Origin: Octopus sinensis
Taxonomy: Eukaryota
DNA length: 64,000 bases
Assembly (NCBI RefSeq): GCF_006345805.1
Contig: NC_042998.1
Span: 1,798,001 to 1,862,000, forward strand
Reading direction: 5' to 3'
Within the stretch, counting starts at the first letter, position 1. Each line of letters opens with the position of its first letter. This document shows, one piece after another, positions 54,696 to 64,000 of the stretch. The notes under the pieces are model-generated. The model ran no database searches and was not told where the DNA came from. It saw only the letters and a program-made list of their open reading frames with translations. A program made the translations under genes and the position numbers.

Positions 54696-54726
54696 AGGGG
54701 AAAGGCTGTTGCTTAATAAATCATGA
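54696..54726 (+). CDS. Candidate terminal coding exon of the BNIP3-like gene
   Basis: ttcAG acceptor at 54695. A phase-2 join gives LGAAV-GERLLLNKS*, which aligns with human LGIYI-GRRLTTSTSTF. The pyrimidine tract is weak and the true exon may lie outside the window. Confidence 0.3.
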
Positions 54727-55837
54727 AACCTTTTCCTTTCAAACAGCTAGAGTAGAGTTTGTGTTTTTTCCTGAAACAATGAACTGCCTACAACAGGCTA
54801 CAGAACTGCAAAAGTACAACCTAGTTTCTCTCCACTTTGCCATTGTGTATCTAAATATAAAGGCAGAAGTAATAGGTAAATGCTAATTAAAATATGACCA
54901 ATTTCTTATTGGGCAAATCTGTTAGTGTAAAGTGTCTCAAGTGTTTGACCTGAAACTGCCATATCTAATGCACCTCTCCTCAAAAGAAGGAGTATGGAAA
55001 TAAATGCAGGATTATAGATGAAGAGTTGCCATGTTGTCACCAGTTCTTGTGATGCTCTCTGCCCCCATCAAACAGCAAATTAATTTCCTGCATGACTGCT
55101 TCATTGAAAAGTAACGAGTACACTACAAAAGAATTGGAAATTGGAAAGCGAATTATCAACCATGTGAAGCAACAGAGAATAAAAAGCAACCAATTATTGA
55201 TGTGCCATAGCTTCTCTCTGTAAGGACTAACCTTGAGACAAACAACAAAGATAGCAGTAGTAGTAGTGACAGCAACAACTGTCTGGTCTCAAACAAGAAG
55301 CTTTAATATTCAAAAGAGCTTTATGTTAATGCTCCGTATGCCATGGTTCAATAAATTATCCTAAAGCAGGAAATTTGGCTTCCAGTTAGCTGAGTAACCG
55401 TAGAGACTGTATTATACTAGAGATTGTAAGTGTTCAGTGGTGAGTGGATGAAATAACATTGGAACACTGATTAACCCTTTTGTGTTCAAATGAGTCTATC
55501 AAATGTAATTCTTAGATATTCTGATTTACTGTTTTGAATTAATCATCTTGTAGCTTCAAGATTTTAATGATGTGATTGCTTATTTTTAGAATGTAATTGT
55601 AGGGTATGTGTGAGAGGCTAGAACTGGCCAGGTTGAGCATAAAATAGGTAGAATATTTGGACTAGATATGGTCTGTTTAAATGCTAAAGGGTTCATTCTT
55701 GTATGAAATCAAGAAGGGTTGATGAGAAGTGAAAGACCTTATTTTCTCAACATAAGCAATTTCATTTTCCAATCGTCTTTGTTTCCCCCCACCCACATAC
55801 TTGTCTGCTCATATTTCCTATGGGCTTGTATGGATAT

Positions 55838-56170
55838 TTACAAGGGGTGCTCATAAGTTCCCGGCTTTGGGTTAAAGACAATACAGGGGGATCAGTTAAT
55901 TATGATTTTATTCAACATATTTCCCCTCTCAGATTCACATGTGGCCCTTCAGTTTTTGTAAGCCCTGTAAAAGAATTCAGAAGGTTTCAGAAGAATTCAG
56001 ACTTTACACGATACCCTTAAAGCCAGGACTTTTCCAGCATCCCCTTTTCCAGCATCCCCTTTTCCAGCATCCCCTTTTCCAGCATCCCCTTTTTCAGCAT
56101 CCCCTTTTCCAGCATCCCCTTTTCCAGCATCCCCTTTTCCAGCATCCCCTTTTCCAGCATCCCCTCCTAC
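55838..56170. mobile_element. Mariner-type MITE whose right TIR is tandemly amplified (15-bp unit x ~9 at 56030-56165)
   Basis: Left TIR tacaaggggtgctcataagttcccggcttt; interior matches 4540-4757; right end reads (ttttccagcatcccc)n. Confidence 0.65.
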
Positions 56171-56480
56171 ATGTGTGTGTGTGTGTTTATGTATGTGTAG
56201 CAAATCCATGGCTGAATGGATAAGAAGGTTGCTTCACAATAATGAGATTAAGAGTTTAATCCCATTACTTTGGATAAGTGTCTTTTACAAGGGAGATTGT
56301 GTGTGTAGAAGTTCCAAATGGTCTGTATTTGCCATTCAAAAGAACACCAGCTTTGCCACACACAGTCTCAGACAATTCTGCCGGAGGATTTGAAGTGTCA
56401 ATTGAAAACTCAATGATTTCAACTATAATTTTATGAGTAGATGGTTCAATTGAAGAACAGGGAAACTCACTTTGATATAT

Positions 56481-56516
<36 letters not shown>

Positions 56517-57922
56517 CATGACCCAACTTTTCGTCCGCTGTCACTTTGTCCAATGTCAATTCGTCCACCAGGAAAGTGGCCCTGTGAGTCTTTATGACTC
56601 AGAAAAGATCTTTATCCCAAGTCTGTACAGTAGAAGACATTTGCTCAAAGTGCCATGCAGTGGAACTGAACCCAAAACTGTATGGCTGGGAATTGAACAT
56701 CTTAACCACACAGCCATGACACCCATTCATGTCTATATAAGCATACACACACATATTTGTGTATGCAATATATATCTCGATCTATATGAACATACATGTA
56801 TGCAGTGTAAGGAATTATGTCATTACACAAGCATTCTTTGGTTGCTATGGTGATAATTACAACCTAGCAGACTGTAGCATCTGTTCATATTTTGACTGAA
56901 ATGTTATATATTTAATGATTATTGCTAACAATTAGAGTTGGCCTTTGGTCTAAGTGGAAAAACATCGCTATTAAGGTTATTGGTGTTTTATAGTGAGATA
57001 CTGTTTATATCAGTTTCTTGAAATCAGAATCACAAAGTTATTGATAAACAAAGGTAACCTGCTCCTTGCACTTATTTTAGAAATTAGTATTATAATTTTT
57101 ATTAGTGTTGTTGTTGTTGGCATGTCGAACAAAATGCCTTGTGGTATTTATTGCAGCATTTGACAATTTTGGTAAAACTTCAAAGCTCTTGGAGTGAAGT
57201 AAAAGCACATCTGCTCACAGCAACATTCAATAATAATAATAATAATAATAAATGCCCTGATGCAGTACCTGGCAGTGGCTCTCGTGGCTTCTGATCTTAA
57301 CTGATTGGAAGTGTTATCATGTACATTGTTTTGTCTTGGTATAAAAGATGGGCTACAGCAAATATTCTGTTCAATACCACAGATTTGCTTGTCAGTTGTT
57401 TGACCTTAACTAGATGAGCAAGTCCCTTGGTGGATGATGATATGTGCATCTTTGATCACAAGCAGAAGTAGTGGGGGAGCATCATAACCATGTGTTGAGA
57501 GGGATTCTTTGGGGTTTGAATAATTCACCTCTGGAAACATGGGTGTGTCATTCAACATCCTTAAAGAACCCTTATTCAGAGAAGAGACTTTTTGAGCAGG
57601 ATGGGCTACTCGACCTGAAGAAAATTCTAACTGGGCCCCACCTGCAAGGTCACGTGCTATTTATCTTGATATGAAATCACCATGTCACACACGTATGGTT
57701 GTGCTGCATGTGCCTAGTATACCTTTATCAGACGAGTAGTCATGATGGGTATATTGGGCTTCATATATTTGTACCCCAGGGTCACTTTGATGGTATGTGC
57801 TGCTCTCTCACTCATCATCATCATCATCGTCATCGTTTAGCGTCCGTTTTCCATGCTAGCATGGGTTGGACGGTTCTACTGGGGTCTTTGAAGCCAGAAG
57901 GCTTCGTCAGGCCCAGTCAGAT

Positions 57923-58974
57923 CTGGCAGTGTTTCCACGGCTGGATGCCCTTCCTAACGCCAACCACTGGCAGTGTTTCTACGGCTGGATGCCCTTCCTA
58001 ACGCCAACCACTGGCAGTGTTTCCACGGCTGGATGCCCTTCCTAACGCCAACCACTGGCAGTGTTTCTACGGCTGGATGCCCTTCCTAACGCCAACCACT
58101 GGCAGTGTTTCTACGGCTGGATGCCGTTCCTAACGCCAACCACTGGCAGTGTTTCTACGGCTGGATGCCCTTCCTAACGCCAACCACTGGCAGTGTTTCC
58201 ACGGCTGGATGCCCTTCCTAACGCCAACCACTGGCAGTGTTTCCACGGCTGGATGCCCTTCCTAACGCCAACCACTGGCAGTGTTTCTACGGCTGGATGC
58301 CCTTCCTAACGCCAACCACTGGCAGTGTTTCTACGGATGGATGCCCTTCCTAACGCAACCACTGGCAGTGTTTCTACGGCTGGATGCCCTTCCTAACGCC
58401 AACCACTGGCAGTGTTTCCACGGCTGGATGCCCTTCCTAACGCCAACCACTGGCAGTGTTTCCACGGCTGGATGCCCTTCCTAACGCCAACCACTGGCAG
58501 TGTTTCTACGGCTGGATGCCCTTCCTAACGCCAACCACTGGCAGTGTTTCTACGGCTGGATGCCCTTCCTAACGCCAACCACTGGCAGTGTTTCTACGGC
58601 TGGATGCCCTTCCTAACGCCAACCACTGGCAGTGTTTCCACGGCTGGATGCCCTTCCTAACGCCAACCACTGGCAGTGTTTCCACGGCTGGATGCCCTTC
58701 CTAACGCCAACCACTGGCAGTGTTTCCACGGCTGGATGCCCTTCCTAACGCCAACCACTGGCAGTGTTTCTACGGCTGAATGCCCTTCCTAACGCCAACC
58801 ACTGGCAGTGTTTCTACGGCTGGATGCCCTTCCTAACGCCAACCACTGGCAGTGTTTCTACGGCTGGATGCCCTTCCTAACGCCAACCACTGGCAGTGTT
58901 TCTACAGCTGGATGCCCTTCCTAACGCCAACCACTGGCAGTGTTTCTACGGCTGGATGCCCTTCCTAACGCCAA
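57923..58974. repeat. 44-bp minisatellite, ~24 copies
   Basis: Unit CTGGCAGTGTTTCYACGGCTGGATGCCCTTCCTAACGCCAACCA; period 44 (57923 to 57967); no spacers. Confidence 0.95.
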
Positions 58975-59291
58975 CTCAATAATGATAATAGTAATAAGAC
59001 ATTATAATGAATTAAAGTTGTCTTAGCCTCAAGATGTAGGTATTTGTCAACCAGAACCAACTAAAACAATTTACCTGGTACTTTTTGATACATGAGAAAA
59101 CAATATTAAGATTGGCTAGGTCAGGTTAGGGGACATGGAGTCCCCTAACCTGACCTAGACAATAATCTTTCATGTTTTATTCCCTTTTAATTATGTCTTG
59201 TTTTAATTACTGTGTATTTATATCATACTGTTTTATCTCTGTGCTAATATTTGTACTTTAAAAATCTTAATTTATCCTCTTATATATATAT

Positions 59292-59333
<42 letters not shown>

Positions 59334-59336
<3 letters not shown>

Positions 59337-59568
59337 GGTGTCCCAAAAAGATGTACTCACTCTTTGACAGACGATTACCAATTGTAGGATTGAGAGAGAA
59401 CATTAAATAATTCTAAATGACAATAAATAATCATTTCTAGAATTTATTTTCCTGAATTTAATTCAACTTTTTAGGATTGTATGTATATCAATAAACATCT
59501 ACTTGAACACAAAATGCATGAGTACTGGGAAGTCAAAGAGTGAGTACATCTCTTTTTAGGACACCCTG
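59334..59568. mobile_element. Tc1/mariner-type MITE
   Basis: ~35-bp TIRs CAGGGTGTCCcAAAAAGATGTACTCACTCTTTGAC with TA on both sides. Confidence 0.85.
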
Positions 59569-59729
59569 TATATATATACGGAGATGTACTCACATAATTG
59601 TTACTTTCTCAGATGCAGCACGGATTTTTGTCAGTGAACACGTCGCGGATTTTAGTGACGAAAATATTTTGAATCGAACGGCTTTTGTGTGTTTCTTAAA
59701 TGGCTTACAAACACCTTCCACGCTGCAAT

Positions 59730-59793
<64 letters not shown>

Positions 59794-60047
59794 TATAAAA
59801 TATTATTAGAGACAAAACCACTATTTTGCAAAACAAACAAGGAAAGACTTAATCAATACATAAAATTTTAATAAATAGTCAAAATTTGAAACTGACTTAT
59901 TGGAAGTCCACCTGAAGATTGTCGATCAAGACAAGTAACAATTGTAGTGGTGGTTTTTTTGACTATTTATTAAAATTTTATGTATTGATTAAGTCTTTCC
60001 TTGTTTGTTTTGCAAAATAGTGGTTTTGTCTCTAATAATATTTTATA
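59794..60047. repeat. Apparently perfect 91-bp inverted repeat enclosing a hammerhead-like motif
   Basis: Arms 59794-59884 and 59957-60047. Confidence 0.9.
59908..59950 (+). ncRNA. Hammerhead-like motif (GTAA instead of GAAA) inside a 91-bp inverted repeat
   Basis: ccac-CTGAAGA-ttgtc(gatcaa)gacaa-GTAA-c(aatt)-GTA-gtgg. Confidence 0.55.
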
Positions 60048-60123
60048 ATATTTTACTATCAAAATTGGATTTAATCCTAAATCTGATTTTTTCCCTGTAA
60101 ATTTGGATTTTTCCCTAATATTA

Positions 60124-60164
<41 letters not shown>

Positions 60165-60198
60165 TATATACATATATATATATATCATATATATATAC

Positions 60199-60243
<45 letters not shown>

Positions 60244-60369
60244 TACATATATATATACATATATATATACATATATATACATATATATACATATACATAT
60301 ATATACATATACATATATATACATATATATGTGTATATATGTATATATATACACATATATATATGTGAA

Positions 60370-60708
60370 GGCGCATGGCTCAGTGGTTAGAGCGTCGAGC
60401 TTATGATCGTGAGGTTGTGAGCTCGAATCCCGGACCGGGCTGGGTGTTGTGTTCTTGAGCAAGGCACTTTATTTCACGTTGCTCCAGTTCACTCAGCTGT
60501 AGAAATGAGTTACGACGTCACTGGTGCCAAGCTGTATCGACCTTTGTCTTTCCTTGGATAACACTGGTAGCGTGGGAGGGGAGCTGGTATGCATGGGCGA
60601 CTGCTGGTCTTCCATAAAAAAACAACCGTGCCCGGACTTGTGTCTAGGAGGGTAACTTTCTAGGTGCAATCCCATGGTCATTCATGACCAAAGGGGGTCT
60701 TTACCCTT
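60370..60708 (+). mobile_element. tRNA-derived SINE family C
   Basis: ggcgcatggctcagtggttagagcg..tcgaatccc head and cttgagcaaggcactt..ccagttcactcagctg core. Paralogs at 51285-51605 (+) and 36298-36644 (-); related elements at ~8820-9050 and ~53975-54225 (-). Confidence 0.8.
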
Positions 60709-60763
60709 ATATACATATATATACATATACATATATACATATATATACATATATACACATATA

Positions 60764-63700
60764 TTTCCATCTCATTGTATTGTCACTCATTCTTTCAGTA
60801 TTCCCTCATTACCCTGTCTAGCTCAAACATTTTTTTCGTTTAGACTTGTCTCCAGGTTCATAGCCACTCTGATTTTTCAATTTTTCAATTTTTCAATTTT
60901 TCGTTTAGTATTGTCTCCCGATTCATACAAACCCATTTGCTAGCTCACGATTAACAGAACCTCTTTACTCAGCTACGGTGTTATATTAGCTATCAATAAT
61001 GATATTCCCTCTGATTTTTCTGATTTTCAAACCTATTTATCTAATGTTTATTTATCGACAATGCCGTCCCCAGTCAAATTCCCTCACACCGCTTATTGTC
61101 ACGTGTCCCTTGACCTCTCTCTCTAACTAACCGTATCTCTCTCTCGCTATGTCCCCCCCTTCCCATAACCATCATCGCCATGGTCCTCTATGCCCCCCCT
61201 CCCCAAAACCATCATCGCCATACATAAAAGAGCCATCGCATTTATCGTTAACCCCACTCGCTTCAAAATATCTAAAGAATACGCACAGATCATGAATGGC
61301 TAAAAGTTAAGTGAATCGTCCAACCTTGCTACGACTACCTTCTTTCTTGCACTTATCCTTATTCTTTCTCTATTCTTCAATTTCCATCTCATTGTATTGT
61401 CACTCATTCTTTCAGTATTCCCTCATTACCCTGTCTAGCTCAAACATTTTTTTCGTTTAGACTTGTCTCCAGGTTCATAGCCACTCTGATTTTTCAATTT
61501 TTCAATTTTTCAATTTTTCAATTTTTCGTTTAGTATTGTCTCCCGATTCATACAAACCCATTTGCTAGCTCACGATTAACAGAACCTCTTTACTCAGCTA
61601 CGGTGTTATATTAGCTATCAATAATGATATTCCCTCTGATTTTTCTGATTTTCAAACCTATTTATCTAATGTTTATTTATCGACAATGCCGTCCCAGTCA
61701 AATTCCCTCACCCGCTTATTGTCACGTGTCCCTTGACCTCTCTCTCTAACTAACCGTATCTCTCTCTCGCTATGTCCCCCCTTCCCATAACCATCATCGC
61801 CATGGTCCTCTATGCCCCCCCTCCCCAAAACCATCATCGCCATACATAAAAGAGCCATCGCATTTATCGTTAACCCCACTCGCTTCAAAATATCTAAAGA
61901 ATACGCACAGATCATGAATGGCTAAAAGTTAAGTGAATCGTCCAACCTTGCTACGACTACCTTCTTCTTGCACTTATCCTTATTCTTTCTCTATTCTTCA
62001 ATTTCCATCTCATTGTATTGTCACTCATTCTTTCAGTATTCCCTCATTACCCTGTCTAGCTCAAAACATTTTTTTCGTTTAGACTTGTCTCCAGGTTCAT
62101 AGCCACTCTGATTTTTCAATTTTTCAATTTTTCAATTTTTCAATTTTTCGTTTAGTATTGTCTCCCGATTCATACAAACCCATTTGCTAGCTCACGATTA
62201 ACAGAACCTCTTTACTCAGCTACGGTGTTATATTAGCTATCAATAATGATATTCCCTCTGATTTTTCTGATTTTCAAACCTATTTATCTAATGTTTATTT
62301 ATCGACAATGCCGTCCCCAGTCAAATTCCCTCACACCGCTTTGTCACGTGTCCCTTGACCTCTCTCTCTAACTAACCGTATCTCTCTCTCGCTATGTCCC
62401 CCCTTCCCATAACCATCATCGCCATGGTCCTCTATGCCCCCCCTCCCCAAAACCATCATCGCCATACATAAAAGAGCCATCGCATTTATCGTTAACCCAC
62501 TCGCTTCAAAATATCTAAAGAATACGCACAGATCATGAATGGCTAAAAGTTAAGTGAATCGTCCAACCTTGCTACGACTACCTTCTTTCTTGCACTTATC
62601 CTTATTCTTTCTCTATTCTTCAATTTCCATCTCATTGTATTGTCACTCATCTTTCAGTATTCCCTCATTACCCTGTCTAGCTCAAAACATTTTTTCGTTT
62701 AGACTTGTCTCCAGGTTCATAGCCACTCTGATTTTTCAATTTTTCAATTTTTCAATTTTTCAATTTTTCGTTTAGTATTGTCTCCCGATTCATACAAACC
62801 CATTTGCTAGCTCACGATTAACAGAACCTCTTTACTCAGCTACGGTGTTATATTAGCTATCAATAATGATATTCCTCTGATTTTTCTGATTTTCAAACCT
62901 ATTTATCTAATGTTTATTTATCGACAATGCCGTCCCCAGTCAAATTCCTCACACCGCTTATTGTCACGTGTCCCTTGACCTCTCTCTCTAACTAACCGTA
63001 TCTCTCTCTCGCTATGTCCCCCCTTCCCATAACCATCATCGCCATGGTCCTCTATGCCCCCCCTCCCCAAAACCATCATCGCCATACATAAAAGAGCCAT
63101 CGCATTTATCGTTAACCCCACTCGCTTCAAATATCTAAAGAATACGCACAGATCATGAATGGCTAAAAGTTAAGTGAATCGTCCAACCTTGCTACGACTA
63201 CCTTCTTTCTTGCACTTATCCTTATTCTTTCTCTATTCTTCAATTTCCATCTCATCGTATTGTCACTCATTCTTTCAGTATTCCCTCATTACCCTGTCTA
63301 GCTCAAACATTTTTTTTGTTTAGACTTGTCTCCAGGTTCATAGCCACTCTGATTTTTCAATTTTCAATTTTTCAATTTTCGTTTAGTATTGTCTCCCGAT
63401 TCATACAAACCCATTTGCTAGCTCACGATTAACAGAACCTCTTTACTCAGCTACGGTGTTATTAGCTATCAATAATGATATTCCCTCTGATTTTTCTGAT
63501 TTTCAAACCTATTTATCTAATGTTTATTTATCGACAATGCCGTCCCCAGTCAAATTCCCTCACACCGCTTATTGTCACGTGTCCCTTGACCTCTCTCTCT
63601 AACTAACCGTATCTCTCTCTCGCTATGTCCCCCCTTCCCATAACCATCATCGCCATGGTCCTCTATGCCCCCCTCCCCAAAACCATCATCGCCATACATA

Positions 63701-64000
63701 AAAGAGCCATCGCATTTATCGTTAACCCCACTCGCTTCAAAATATCTAAAGAATACGCACAGATCATGAATGGCTAAAAGTTAAGTGAATCGTCCAACCT
63801 TGCTACGACTACCTTCTTTCTTGCACTTATCCTTATTCTTTCTCTATTCTTCAATTTCCATCTCATTGTATTGTCACTCATTCTTTCAGTATTCCCTCAT
63901 TACCCTGTCTAGCTCAAACATTTTTTTTCGTTTAGACTTGTCTCCAGGTTCATAGCCACTCTGATTTTTCAATTTTTCAATTTTTTTCAATTTTTCAATT
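60764..64000. repeat. ~620-bp tandem array, more than 5 near-identical units, continuing past the window end
   Basis: Unit starts (tttccatctcatt..) at 60764, 61381, 62002, 62624, 63244 and 63855; internal (TTTTTCAA)n. Confidence 0.95.

Noticed and set aside
55939-56223. FQHPL / GKGDA pentapeptide-repeat proteins
   Set aside because: Arise from the amplified 15-bp MITE TIR.
57923-58974. CRISPR-like array
   Set aside because: Units are head-to-tail with no unique spacers, there are no cas genes, the context is eukaryotic, and the unit derives from a SINE.
61673-63130. Repeated 70-80-aa ORFs in the 620-bp array
   Set aside because: Frames are not maintained between units and there is no domain similarity.

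Overview
AT-rich, repeat-dense eukaryotic genomic DNA. The tRNA-derived SINE families and abundant (TA)n/(CA)n/(GA)n microsatellites point to an octopod cephalopod, which is an inference. Almost all ORFs in the supplied track are microsatellite or repeat artefacts. The window is mostly intronic sequence of one plus-strand gene that the ORF track does not show: a BNIP3/NIX (BNIP3L)-family mitophagy receptor. Four phase-compatible internal exons (25897-26056, 45688-45739, 49482-49546, 50776-50922) splice to GSWVEL...MEKLLMEAQQES...DWIWDWSSRPE...FKHP...LSVRNT...LISHACSFVLGAAV; the first and last exons are only candidates. The introns contain a cluster of CR1-clade LINEs sitting in (TA)n tracts, an RTE insertion with a twin-priming-type inversion and 12-bp TSD, Helitron/HINE, mariner/Tc1 and hAT MITEs, many SINEs, and a tRNA-Asp-headed LINE-tailed element. 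There is also a 44-bp minisatellite grown out of a SINE and a ~620-bp tandem array running off the right end. The most notable hidden layer is a set of unrelated type-I hammerhead-ribozyme motifs (Penelope/retrozyme-like), two of them next to or inside long foldback hairpins, on both strands of the BNIP3 pre-mRNA.
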